A DNA stretch of 44,178 bases from a virus (lineage: Duplodnaviria > Heunggongvirae > Uroviricota > Caudoviricetes): the IMG/VR virus record IMGVR_UViG_3300045988_014135. One strand, given 5' to 3'. Position numbers and translations under genes: made by a program. How positions within the stretch are numbered: position 1 is the stretch's first letter; every line of letters begins with the position of its first letter. Shown one piece after another: positions 8,770-16,321 of this stretch. Below the pieces are notes generated by a model. It searched no databases and was not told the DNA's origin. It worked only from the letters and a program-made list of their open reading frames with translations.

Positions 8770-9311
8770 TCCTCTACCTCGCCCATATTCGTTGTCACGA
8801 TTTTACCTACAGGCTCCGCGACACTGAAAATAATCTCAGTCGGTGCTGTTTCTTCGGTGGACTCAACAGGTTTCTCTTTGCTTAAGCCCAGCTTAGCCGC
8901 AGCAAACGTAGCGGAGATACCGGCGGCGCCTGTCTCAGTGAAATACGCCTCTTCCAGCGCCTGAGCGGTTTCATAGGCTTCTGCAAACGCCGGAATCTCA
9001 CGCAACCACAGCTTAATAATAGGGATAGTTACGCCGATGTGTAAGGCGAAGCGGGCCAGTGACGGGGGTTTATCCTGAATCAGCGGGCGTTCGTCACCCT
9101 TGGACGTAGGTACGAGTTCCCATGAGTTGCGGTCAAAGAACCGGATTAACTCGTCGCAATAGTCCGGGTCCCACAATGCCGCAGAATTACGGGATGACTG
9201 GTAAAGGCTCTGTTTACCCCGCGGTCGTTTACGGCGACGGTTGGCACTAACAGCCTCTTCATGTGCAGCTTGCACCACCTCAGGTGATGGTTGCTTAAGT
9301 GTAAGTTTCAT
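8766..9311 (-). CDS. terminase small subunit (candidate)
   Basis: Directly upstream of and overlapping TerL; basic N-terminal region; start set at ATG 9311 (MKLTLKQ...) preceded by a G-rich run; ORF track extends to 9350. Confidence 0.5.
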   Translation of the reverse strand: MKLTLKQPSPEVVQAAHEEAVSANRRRKRPRGKQSLYQSSRNSAALWDPDYCDELIRFFDRNSWELVPTSKGDERPLIQDKPPSLARFALHIGVTIPIIKLWLREIPAFAEAYETAQALEEAYFTETGAAGISATFAAAKLGLSKEKPVESTEETAPTEIIFSVAEPVGKIVTTNMGEVEE

Positions 9312-9328
9312 ATAACCCCCTGACATAT

Positions 9329-9370
9329 GCGTCTGACCATCAGAGCGCATCAGACGCGCCCTACGCGTCT
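9329..9370 (-). promoter_or_regulatory. structured leader: two mutually exclusive hairpins upstream of TerS
   Basis: Arms GCGTCTGA (9329-9336) / TCAGACGC (9350-9357); second palindrome AGACGCG-N5-CGCGTCT (9352-9370) shares an arm. Confidence 0.45.
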
Positions 9371-9376
9371 AAAGGG

Positions 9377-9405
9377 ATTATATAAGGGGATTGGGCTGGA
9401 TGTAC
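9377..9405 (-). promoter_or_regulatory. candidate late promoter (perfect TATAAT -10, weak -35)
   Basis: Minus-strand TATAAT at 9382-9377; -35 region GTACAT is poor, suggesting activator dependence. Confidence 0.3.
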
Positions 9406-9428
9406 AGAAAAGCCCTCCGTAGAGGGCT
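9403..9428 (-). terminator. intrinsic terminator ending the early operon
   Basis: Stem AGCCCTC/GAGGGCT, loop CGTA, followed on minus strand by UUUUCUGU. Confidence 0.55.
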
Positions 9429-9439
9429 TGATGGTTGGT

Positions 9440-9596
9440 TACCCGGTGATATCTCTGCCGTCTACCAGTGCTAACGGGATTCTCACTTCACCGTTGAATG
9501 TTTCGGCGTACCAGAACTTCTCACACTGCGTTACACTGAAAACATCGAGTTCTGACGTAGCGCCGGTTTTCCAGTAGACAGTTAACTTTTTCACTC
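9440..9596 (-). CDS. small hypothetical protein
   Basis: GTG start preceded by GGAGAGTGAGGA; 51 aa; last gene before terminator 9403..9428. Confidence 0.3.
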
Positions 9597-9827
9597 CTCA
9601 CTCTCCTCTTTAGCAATGCGTTGCTCAGTTTTAGTGATACCGCGGCGAGTGAATAACACCGGGCTTGTCTTAACATGCGTCATAAGACGGTTGTTATAAA
9701 TTACGTGACGCTCGCAGTTAACGTCTTTGCTGTACTTCGCAATCGTCATTTCGTTGATGCCAGTTTGTCGGCATGTCTCAGCCATCGTGCCATATTCTTT
9801 AATCAGGTTCGGAATGCTGGTAATCAT
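9591..9827 (-). CDS. small HTH-like protein (candidate regulator)
   Basis: MAETCRQTGINEMTIAKY has helix-turn-helix character; start at ATG 9827 overlapping upstream stop (ATGA). Confidence 0.35.
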   Translation of the reverse strand: MITSIPNLIKEYGTMAETCRQTGINEMTIAKYSKDVNCERHVIYNNRLMTHVKTSPVLFTRRGITKTEQRIAKEESEE

Positions 9828-9994
9828 CCTAAGAAATTCCTCGTTGTCCACATCGCATTCGGATATTTATTATCGCGGTCCTGCACTACGGTAATCATGT
9901 TACCGCGTTGCACGAGGCAAAAGTGCCGCTGTTGCTCGCCGTTATAGCGCCGCCATATTGCTTCTTCGATTGCTGCGTTGATGTCACTGAACAT
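9824..9994 (-). CDS. small hypothetical protein
   Basis: 56-aa ORF, stop overlaps next start; hand translated. Confidence 0.3.
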   Translation of the reverse strand: MFSDINAAIEEAIWRRYNGEQQRHFCLVQRGNMITVVQDRDNKYPNAMWTTRNFLG

Positions 9995-10081
9995 TAATAT
10001 CTACCCCGCAGAAATCCAACCAATAACCCAATGAAGTAACTAAGACCGACCAGACCAATAACCACCTCAAGACTCATACTC

Positions 10082-10273
10082 TCACCCCACTATCTCATCA
10101 CCAAGCCACGCCGTTTCTCGTATATCGTCGACCACACAGGCGGCGTGCTCCCGGCTTATTGCAAAAATGTAGAAGCTGAACTTCTTCCCGTCGGCGTCGA
10201 TGTGGTTAACCGAGTAGGGTTTCCATAGGACGCCATCAATAACTACCGGTTCAGGCGCTTTCATACCCATCAC
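10082..10273 (-). CDS. small hypothetical protein
   Basis: 63-aa ORF in coupled early array. Confidence 0.4.
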   Translation of the reverse strand: MMGMKAPEPVVIDGVLWKPYSVNHIDADGKKFSFYIFAISREHAACVVDDIRETAWLGDEIVG

Positions 10274-10448
10274 CAGAGACTTTGTTCAGGTTGAATCGGT
10301 TAATCAGTTCACGGCGTGTCTCATAGAGCGACTCAACCATTTGCTCAGCTACCGCGATTTTAGTATTAAGGACGTGCATCACGTGACCGATGTCTACGCC
10401 GCCGTTAACAGCCTCTACCATCATCTTTTCGTATTCGCGGTCAGTCAT
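10251..10448 (-). CDS. small hypothetical protein
   Basis: 65-aa ORF; start overlaps upstream stop. Confidence 0.4.
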   Translation of the reverse strand: MTDREYEKMMVEAVNGGVDIGHVMHVLNTKIAVAEQMVESLYETRRELINRFNLNKVSGDGYESA

Positions 10449-10603
10449 ACTTTACGCTCTCCCCACATGCGATTGAGATACCTGTTCTTGTCCGGCCCCT
10501 GGAAACTGTTACGTTTCATCAGTTCCTCGCGTGTCGGGAACGGTGTGTGACTGACTTTACGGCCTACTCGTAATAGTTGGCTTACTTGACCTTGTTCGCT
10601 CAT
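10445..10603 (-). CDS. small hypothetical protein
   Basis: 52-aa ORF MSEQGQVSQLL..., overlapping start/stop with neighbours. Confidence 0.3.
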   Translation of the reverse strand: MSEQGQVSQLLRVGRKVSHTPFPTREELMKRNSFQGPDKNRYLNRMWGERKV

Positions 10604-10767
10604 CACTTAACCTCAACATAATCGGTAGTAAGGAATACAATTTCGCCGTTAACAATCAAAAGCGGCGTATCTTCTAGGACACTTTTAACCTCTACAAAAT
10701 ACCCGCCGTAACTGTTATCTATAAACAGAACGTCTCCAGGTACTAAATCTGCGGCTAACTTGCTCAT
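10603..10767 (-). CDS. small hypothetical protein (PGD-motif family)
   Basis: 54 aa MSKLAADLVPGDVLF...; resembles 25472..25666 (DIVPGDMIF). Confidence 0.35.
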   Translation of the reverse strand: MSKLAADLVPGDVLFIDNSYGGYFVEVKSVLEDTPLLIVNGEIVFLTTDYVEVK

Positions 10768-11012
10768 TTCTTCTCTCCTGCATAAGCTGCTTTCAGTGTC
10801 TGCATCGCGGCGAACCAGAACGCGTCCGCTGGAATGCTGTTGCTCAGGTTACTAACGGCGATACGTGCCATCAGTTGCGCGTCTTTGAATGCCTCGGTAT
10901 CCGTGATTTTCATTGGAAATTTACGCATAGCAACCGGGTCGTTATCCATAGTCCATGCGATGCATTTAGCTTCAAGTTCCTCGGTTATTTCTACCGTTGA
11001 TACGTTACTCAT
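10764..11012 (-). CDS. hypothetical protein
   Basis: 82-aa ORF; first gene after terminator 11098..11128. Confidence 0.45.
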   Translation of the reverse strand: MSNVSTVEITEELEAKCIAWTMDNDPVAMRKFPMKITDTEAFKDAQLMARIAVSNLSNSIPADAFWFAAMQTLKAAYAGEKK

Positions 11013-11097
11013 TTCTCTCTACTCCGTTCTCGTTGTCGATGGAGTAAATATAATAGGGTCGAAGGTAATAGTCAACTAGTCATTGCGGAAAATAGAT

Positions 11098-11128
11098 AAA
11101 AAAAATCCCGGCTGGGTCAGGGCCGGGA
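11098..11128 (-). terminator. intrinsic terminator
   Basis: Stem TCCCGGC/GCCGGGA followed on minus strand by U8. Confidence 0.7.
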
Positions 11129-11324
11129 TAAAACTGGAGAGTAGAGGGATGAAGCAGGAGGTGATTTAAGTATCGTCGGATTAGTCTTAGGTGTCAACAG
11201 AGATTCTCCGGCACGCGTTACCGCACTTTGGCCCGACCTTGTTACGGGTCCGCGGGGGTGATGGTACCCGGGATGCCCTCAATGTTGTTTAATCTTCTGT
11301 TGCCGTTAGTCTATCAAACTACGG

Positions 11325-11356
11325 ACAAAATAAAACCCGGATTCGCGGTCCGGGTT
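11325..11356 (-). terminator. intrinsic terminator downstream of lysis genes
   Basis: Stem AACCCGGA/TCCGGGTT, 7-nt loop, U-rich tail on minus strand. Confidence 0.45.
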
Positions 11357-11533
11357 TCGGGTGGTGCAAGCACAAACAGCGTAGGGCTATTATTCCCCGT
11401 AACCCGCTTGCTCGTCAATATCGTCACGGGATTTAACCGGGTTGGTGAACTCTTGCAGTGCCATAACGGCCTCCATTAGCAAATACGAAAAACTTGGCCT
11501 AACCAGAATACTACACGTCCCAGTTCTCTTCCA

Positions 11534-12037
11534 TCATTTAACAGCCCTCCCAATAGCCTCCGCCTCCTGCCACGGTTTACCGTCGAACAGCGCCAGACGA
11601 CCAGCTACGCGACGGCGTAGGCCGAGCACAGGCTCGAGTTTACCGGTTTTCGGGTTGCGTTGGTTAATGAACTGACTCATCTTATGCCGTAAGGTTGTGA
11701 TGTCCCCCTGCCGTAGCGCCTTACCAGTTCCAGTAGTAGCCGCAATCACGCCAGTCCCTGCGTTGAACACCAGGTCGACAACGGCATCAAACTGAGCCTG
11801 GGTCAGTGAGGGGTGCGCGACTTCATCGACTGCTTTCACCGCCCACTGCATATCACGGTTCAGTAACAGCAACCCCTGGCCTTCGGTAATCTTCTGGCCT
11901 TCGTACACATCCGGTCCGGTATGGCCCCAGCCTATAGTCCAGTATTTCTCGTTCTTTGTTGCTTTGTATGCAGTTCCGCGAAACTTCTCCCACGCCTTTT
12001 TGAACTGCAGCCCATTATCTGAAATATTTCGAGACAC
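11534..12037 (-). CDS. endolysin, T4-lysozyme / GH24 family
   Basis: YWTIGWGHTG lysozyme signature; ISDNGLQFKKAWEKFRGTAY parallels the P22 gp19 N-terminus; start set at GTG 12037 after GGAGGA. Confidence 0.8.
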   Translation of the reverse strand: MSRNISDNGLQFKKAWEKFRGTAYKATKNEKYWTIGWGHTGPDVYEGQKITEGQGLLLLNRDMQWAVKAVDEVAHPSLTQAQFDAVVDLVFNAGTGVIAATTGTGKALRQGDITTLRHKMSQFINQRNPKTGKLEPVLGLRRRVAGRLALFDGKPWQEAEAIGRAVK

Positions 12038-12287
12038 GCTTATATCCTCCGTACGACAACCACGCCTGACGAATCTGACGCAGCGCAACTAATGTGATTA
12101 ACGTCTCAGGCAACGTTGGTGACACGCTGCCCTGTAACAGGTGGATACATCCGGCGGCGCAGACAATCACAGTCAGGATATAGAGCACACGCCCGAATAA
12201 CCCGTCGTCCACGTGCCCATTATACACACTGAACAGGGACGAAGCGCCCATTGCCAGCATTACGACAAACCAGAATAGCTCAGTCAT
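12015..12287 (-). CDS. holin/antiholin-like 2-TM membrane protein
   Basis: Two hydrophobic helices (LFWFVVMLAMGASSLFSV; VLYILTVIVCAAGCIHLL); between holin and endolysin; start at ATG 12287. Confidence 0.5.
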   Translation of the reverse strand: MTELFWFVVMLAMGASSLFSVYNGHVDDGLFGRVLYILTVIVCAAGCIHLLQGSVSPTLPETLITLVALRQIRQAWLSYGGYKRVSKYFR

Positions 12288-12588
12288 GAGGTCCTCCCGG
12301 GCGGGAAATATCGCCACCCGATACGATGCCAGAAAGGCGGGAATAGATAGGCATCCAGAGAATGGCAATGATGAATCCGAGGCCAGCTATCTCGCGCTCA
12401 CCGGTAATACCGAACCATTGAGCGGCAAGAGGTGCACCGAAAATGGCACACGCGAAGCCGGTGAGAAGAAATACCAGTCCGTCGACTGGACCGGATATAG
12501 ACTTTTTATGTTGTCTTAGTCCGACCAATCCACCGACCAGTGCGGCGGTGAGAAGCCACCCCGTCACTGTTTCAGTAAATTTATCCAA
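12280..12588 (-). CDS. holin (multi-TM)
   Basis: 102 aa with about three TM segments; TTG start 6 nt after GGAGGA; first gene of lysis cassette. Confidence 0.55.
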   Translation of the reverse strand: MDKFTETVTGWLLTAALVGGLVGLRQHKKSISGPVDGLVFLLTGFACAIFGAPLAAQWFGITGEREIAGLGFIIAILWMPIYSRLSGIVSGGDISRPGGPHD

Positions 12589-12594
12589 GATGAA

Positions 12595-12632
12595 TCCTCC
12601 AGGTGCGTATTAAGTATGCAGTAACTGGAGGA
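12595..12632 (-). promoter_or_regulatory. hairpin sequestering the holin Shine-Dalgarno
   Basis: 8-bp inverted repeat TCCTCCAG/CTGGAGGA with 22-nt loop; downstream arm contains the GGAGGA RBS. Confidence 0.4.
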
Positions 12633-12663
12633 TAGCACGGTTAGGAATTATCTTAATAACGGT

Positions 12664-12957
12664 TTATTTATGTCTCCAGATGTATGGCCGTCTCTGCGGT
12701 TTCGTCGGAATATCATCATATCCCAGCGATTTCCAGTAATTAAATAACCGATTAGCGATAGCCGCGCGTTCCTTTGTTTTAAACTCACCGAGATTCACGG
12801 CCTTCCCGTTCTGGAATCCACAGGCTCGGATAGCTTTACGTCTGGCCTGAATCTCTGGGTACGGCACGTTACGGCGGCGCTTGTATATCTGAGTGTTTGC
12901 TCTCGGCGACAGCGGCGCAAGGCCGCTGCGTTTCAGGATGTCAGTTGCAAGGCTCAT
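12664..12957 (-). CDS. small AP2-like DNA-binding protein (candidate)
   Basis: ACGFQNGKAVNLGEFKTKERAAIANRLFNYW resembles the AP2-type domain of HNH endonucleases; start at ATG 12957. Confidence 0.35.
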   Translation of the reverse strand: MSLATDILKRSGLAPLSPRANTQIYKRRRNVPYPEIQARRKAIRACGFQNGKAVNLGEFKTKERAAIANRLFNYWKSLGYDDIPTKPQRRPYIWRHK

Positions 12958-13148
12958 ATTCTGAGAATCTCGCGGGCCATTTCTTCTGTAACTTTCGAAC
13001 AAGGTTCGTACATTACCTGTTCAGCGAATTCACGTAACTTTGCTTCAAGTTTCAGATAAGCATCATACTCTACATAATCGCCGTATGCATACTCAGCCAT
13101 CTCGGGCTCTGGCAGACCCCACGCTTTTACCTCATATCTCTGCGCCAT
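12954..13148 (-). CDS. small hypothetical protein, paralog A
   Basis: 64 aa; YVEYDAYLKLEAKLREFAEQ matches neighbour YVSYEDYAKLEAELQKYKDQ. Confidence 0.4.
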   Translation of the reverse strand: MAQRYEVKAWGLPEPEMAEYAYGDYVEYDAYLKLEAKLREFAEQVMYEPCSKVTEEMAREILRI

Positions 13149-13330
13149 CAATCCACCCCTTCCACACGTGTAACTGACCCGCAGTTCGCGCACTCGACGT
13201 AATCAGGGAACTGGTCTTTGTATTTCTGTAACTCGGCTTCGAGTTTCGCGTAGTCTTCATAACTTACGTACTCCCCGTTTACTTTGCTATCGAAGTGGCC
13301 ATCTTCATAAAAGCCTTTGCGAACAGCCAT
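13148..13330 (-). CDS. small hypothetical protein, paralog B (CxxC)
   Basis: 60 aa; tandem paralog of 12954..13148; C-terminal CANCGS. Confidence 0.45.
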   Translation of the reverse strand: MAVRKGFYEDGHFDSKVNGEYVSYEDYAKLEAELQKYKDQFPDYVECANCGSVTRVEGVD

Positions 13331-13332
13331 AA

Positions 13333-13536
13333 TTATCTCTCCTGTTTACCAAGTCGCTTAGGTGAGCAGATAGCGCGTACCTCTGAATCGTTGGGCTTGT
13401 CGCCCTGAAACAGAAAGTGCGCGTTCTCTGCGGCGCGTGCCGCTGACTGGCACGCCTCCATCGAGTAAAACGTTTCTGATGCCGCCAGTTGCATCTGGCC
13501 TGCGGTAAGTGTCCAGATAAATAAGATGCTGGTCAC
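13333..13536 (-). CDS. small hypothetical protein
   Basis: 67-aa ORF with hydrophobic N-terminus. Confidence 0.4.
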   Translation of the reverse strand: MTSILFIWTLTAGQMQLAASETFYSMEACQSAARAAENAHFLFQGDKPNDSEVRAICSPKRLGKQER

Positions 13537-14012
13537 TACTTACGCGCCCCACAATTAAAGCAAACGAATCCACTTTTGCGTTTACTATATAACCAATTGT
13601 GCTCGCATTCCTGTGTGTCAATCTTGTATTCCACTATGTCTGCGTATGTTCCATCCCAAATCCACGACCGCTTTTCTGCTGCTACACTGTGTTTCGGCTC
13701 CTCCCCGTTGCGATACCGGATAAATACCATAGTCCCATCCGGCACAGGTTGTCGTGCGCCATAATGCGGCCTCCAGGCGTTGTACTGAGTATCTTCCTTA
13801 CGGCAACCAGATTGCTCTGCTGCTATATAAGCGCCTACGTCACCCGTAGCTGTAGCCAACGCCTTATGCAACTCCTTAATATGTTCTGACGCATCACGTA
13901 ACTGATTCTTAAGTGACTGCACCTCATGCGCCAGGCCTTCGCACTGGTTGTTATTTACCTGCTGCCGTAACTGGTCAATCAGGTACTCGAATACTTCGTT
14001 TTTATTGTTCAT
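13536..14012 (-). CDS. hypothetical protein (coiled-coil N-terminus, Cys-rich C-terminus)
   Basis: 158 aa; C-terminal CEHNW...CFNCG cluster. Confidence 0.5.
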   Translation of the reverse strand: MNNKNEVFEYLIDQLRQQVNNNQCEGLAHEVQSLKNQLRDASEHIKELHKALATATGDVGAYIAAEQSGCRKEDTQYNAWRPHYGARQPVPDGTMVFIRYRNGEEPKHSVAAEKRSWIWDGTYADIVEYKIDTQECEHNWLYSKRKSGFVCFNCGARK

Positions 14013-14169
14013 TTTTCTGTTGCTCCCGGTCTCTTTTTAACATTTCGTTGGCTTCCGCCGGTGCCTCTTTCCAGGTATCGAACTGGCGCCCGTTGCACAC
14101 CCACGGAGCACCATTATAATTTCCTCTACGTCTTAAGTACCCGTACGATACTGCTTCTTTAAACGTCAT
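14002..14169 (-). CDS. small hypothetical protein
   Basis: 55-aa ORF MTFKEAVSYG..., overlaps neighbours; hand translated. Confidence 0.3.
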   Translation of the reverse strand: MTFKEAVSYGYLRRRGNYNGAPWVCNGRQFDTWKEAPAEANEMLKRDREQQKNEQ

Positions 14170-14299
14170 ATTCTTCACCCCTTTTCTCGTCCACCCTGAC
14201 TAGAAGCGATTTAGTGTCGCCGTCGCACACCGAAGTGCTGCCCATCATTTCGTAAGCATCTACCAGTTCGCCTAAAGTCCAGCTACCGTACCAACCCAT
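14159..14299 (-). CDS. small hypothetical protein
   Basis: 46-aa ORF preceded by GAGGAGAGACAGGAT; first gene after promoter 14331..14359. Confidence 0.35.
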   Translation of the reverse strand: MGWYGSWTLGELVDAYEMMGSTSVCDGDTKSLLVRVDEKRGEEYDV

Positions 14300-14330
14300 A
14301 TCCTGTCTCTCCTCTCGTTTGTGTAAATGA

Positions 14331-14359
14331 ATAGTAGCCTATTCTATCTTAGTGTGCAA
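14331..14359 (-). promoter_or_regulatory. promoter TTGCAC-N17-TACTAT with dyad GAATAG-N4-CTATTC
   Basis: Minus-strand -35 at 14359-14354, -10 at 14336-14331; 16-bp perfect palindrome 14329..14344. Confidence 0.6.
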
Positions 14360-14363
14360 GTAA

Positions 14364-14537
14364 ATTTTATTGGTGTTTTAAAGATAATCGTTCACTGCGA
14401 ATCCAGTAGTACCTCGGGCGTCGTACCCACTGACGCCATCGCATAACACGGTACTTGTTGCCGTCTGACGCAACAATAAGCCCGAATCGCTTTTCTCCGT
14501 TTCTACCGGTCCAGGTTACGATGTCATTCAGTTTCAT
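14364..14537 (-). CDS. small hypothetical protein
   Basis: 57-aa ORF MKLNDIVTWTG... with AGGAG RBS. Confidence 0.35.
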
Positions 14538-14589
14538 TGTTGCATCTCCTGCAATAGTCGCTTCGATTGTTGCGTTTGGTGAAATAGAA

Positions 14590-14628
14590 CAAAAATGAGA
14601 AAAATGATACGCTGCTGTGTAGCAGCGT
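14590..14628 (-). terminator. intrinsic terminator
   Basis: Stem ACGCTGCT/AGCAGCGT, loop GTGT, followed on minus strand by a U-rich tract. Confidence 0.6.
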
Positions 14629-14651
14629 AAGTCACTCAGTAAAATCCCAAA

Positions 14652-14849
14652 CTATTGACCTGTTACACCACCTGTTACACCACCTGTTACACCACCTGTT
14701 ACACCACCTGTTACACCAGCACGGTATTGCACACCAGCTTTCCACGCCCGCCACGCGAGACGCGTCTTAACGTTCAGGTACCCTTTCTTTGAACCTTTGT
14801 TAACCGGCAGACCCTCGACTACAGCCCACCGTTCAAATGCTTCTCTCAT
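14652..14849 (-). CDS. small protein with C-terminal (GVTG)5 repeat
   Basis: 65 aa; C-terminus encoded by five perfect 12-bp tandem repeats. Confidence 0.45.
   Translation of the reverse strand: MREAFERWAVVEGLPVNKGSKKGYLNVKTRLAWRAWKAGVQYRAGVTGGVTGGVTGGVTGGVTGQ
14659..14718. repeat. tandem repeat, 12 bp x 5 perfect copies (CCTGTTACACCA)
   Basis: Counted directly; in-frame within ORF 14652..14849. Confidence 0.95.
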
Positions 14850-14852
14850 AAC

Positions 14853-15044
14853 TTAGTCCTCATCATCTTCTAAGTCAGGGTACACTATGAAATCTCCAGG
14901 CCTTTGCAACTCAGCGCCAGCCATAAAATAACCAAGTGCTTCGGCCCTTTCGGAATCTGTTTTAAACTCAGACAAAGGGTATCTTTCATAGAACTTGTTA
15001 ATTAATAACGCCTGGTCAAACTTAGTCGCATCGTAACCGCTCAT
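14853..15044 (-). CDS. small hypothetical protein
   Basis: 63-aa ORF in coupled array. Confidence 0.45.
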   Translation of the reverse strand: MSGYDATKFDQALLINKFYERYPLSEFKTDSERAEALGYFMAGAELQRPGDFIVYPDLEDDED

Positions 15045-15235
15045 AACTCTACCCCATGGTGCTTAAGGAAACTGTTTAACTTGTACTCACGGTACTGTAC
15101 GGACGCTTTAGCGCGAGCGACAAACCATGCCTTTGAGGAAAAATATGGCGTACTCTCCCATGTATCGAGAGCTAATTTAGCGTTACTTAATCCGCGACGT
15201 AGACGCTCAAGGCGTAATTGGTTATACGGACTCAT
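15041..15235 (-). CDS. small hypothetical protein
   Basis: 64-aa ORF, start/stop overlap. Confidence 0.45.
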   Translation of the reverse strand: MSPYNQLRLERLRRGLSNAKLALDTWESTPYFSSKAWFVARAKASVQYREYKLNSFLKHHGVEL

Positions 15236-15504
15236 ACCAACCCCATCTTCTCTTTAACGTGCACCCAAAACTCACCACAATACCAGCACCACATAAGATT
15301 AGGTGTCTCGCGCACCCAACCATAATCCTTTCGGGCACGAATCGGAATAATGCCTTTAGTGAAATAATAACCCGTGCGCAGAAAATCAGGGTCGCGCGTC
15401 GCAGTGCGCCACATGTTATAAAACTGCTCCAGCCCGGCACCCCGGCGCATGACCCGTATTTTATGGTTATATTCCGCTACTGTTTTCAGTTCAGTGTTAT
15501 TCAT
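15232..15504 (-). CDS. hypothetical protein
   Basis: 90-aa ORF, start/stop overlap. Confidence 0.5.
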   Translation of the reverse strand: MNNTELKTVAEYNHKIRVMRRGAGLEQFYNMWRTATRDPDFLRTGYYFTKGIIPIRARKDYGWVRETPNLMWCWYCGEFWVHVKEKMGLV

Positions 15505-15692
15505 TTACGGCAACCTCCCTCAGAGTCGTCGGCACGAGCATCACGATTCGATGCCGTTCTCTCCCGCACTTCGACCATCCTTCCTACCTCTGCGGCGTAA
15601 TACACATACAGCTTTATTGCGTAATCTTTATTACTCGTGGTCTCTGTTATGGCTCCGTCTACGTATACGTCGTAAATTAATTCTTCCATCAC
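15501..15692 (-). CDS. small hypothetical protein
   Basis: 63-aa ORF, start/stop overlap. Confidence 0.45.
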   Translation of the reverse strand: MMEELIYDVYVDGAITETTSNKDYAIKLYVYYAAEVGRMVEVRERTASNRDARADDSEGGCRK

Positions 15693-15880
15693 TTCGCCCC
15701 TTTGAATTTAAAATTGTTGCCGATGAGTTCCATATCCTGCGCGTATAAAACGGTGAGATACGACCCCGTTAAAGATTCAGCAAAATAGATATTATTTTCT
15801 TTGTGAAATGCGAATATGACCGCAAATTCTCCGGTCTCAGTAACCCGAACCAACTGACCCTTCTTAAACATAACCCTCAC
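15689..15880 (-). CDS. small hypothetical protein (first early gene)
   Basis: 63-aa ORF just downstream of promoter 15906..15934. Confidence 0.5.
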   Translation of the reverse strand: MRVMFKKGQLVRVTETGEFAVIFAFHKENNIYFAESLTGSYLTVLYAQDMELIGNNFKFKGAK

Positions 15881-15905
15881 TCCTCTGTCTCGTTTCGATA
15901 AGTGA

Positions 15906-15934
15906 ATAGTATCCTATTATGTTGGGGTGTGCAA
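15906..15934 (-). promoter_or_regulatory. early promoter TTGCAC-N17-TACTAT with dyad AATAGTATCCTATT
   Basis: About 30 bp near-identical, in inverted orientation, to the promoter at 37186..37214; dyad 15905..15918. Confidence 0.65.
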
Positions 15935-16167
15935 GAGATTAGTTACGTTGCCGTTGTGATTCTTTAGGGAAGGTTGTGCCTTTATTCTTATTACTTGGTA
16001 ACTAAAGGGCAGGCCTTAAGCCTGCCCAATAATCGTTACATTTTTACGGTTGCGAATCTACGGCACATTAAGAAACAGTAGATATTTCAGCGGGTTACTT
16101 CTTTAAATGAGATTTAGATACACTTATCCTTAAACCCCAAGGCAAGCATCTCAGTTGTCTGGGAGGG

Positions 16168-16199
16168 GTTGACGAATCCCTCGGGGAGGGTTCGTCAAC
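16168..16199. repeat. long inverted repeat (14-bp stem, 3-nt loop, one bulge)
   Basis: GTTGACGAATCCCTC-GGG-GAGGGTTCGTCAAC; no flanking T-run on either strand; in divergent intergenic hub 15881..16353. Confidence 0.8.
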
Positions 16200-16292
16200 T
16201 CCGTAATATATACAAGTCCCAAAACCATTATACAAACATGTGTCAAGAACTTTCAATAACTTTTTTGTAAAGATTAAATATAGCAGGGATTG

Positions 16293-16321
16293 GTTGCTTT
16301 TACATCCCCGCTATCCTATAC
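16293..16321 (+). promoter_or_regulatory. promoter TTGCTT-N17-TATACT for the rightward operon
   Basis: -35 16293-16298, -10 16316-16321, then AGGAG RBS and ATG 16354. Confidence 0.5.

Noticed and set aside
14659-14718. Possible CRISPR array
   Set aside because: Repeats are 12 bp, perfectly contiguous with no spacers and in-frame within an ORF; this is a simple tandem repeat.
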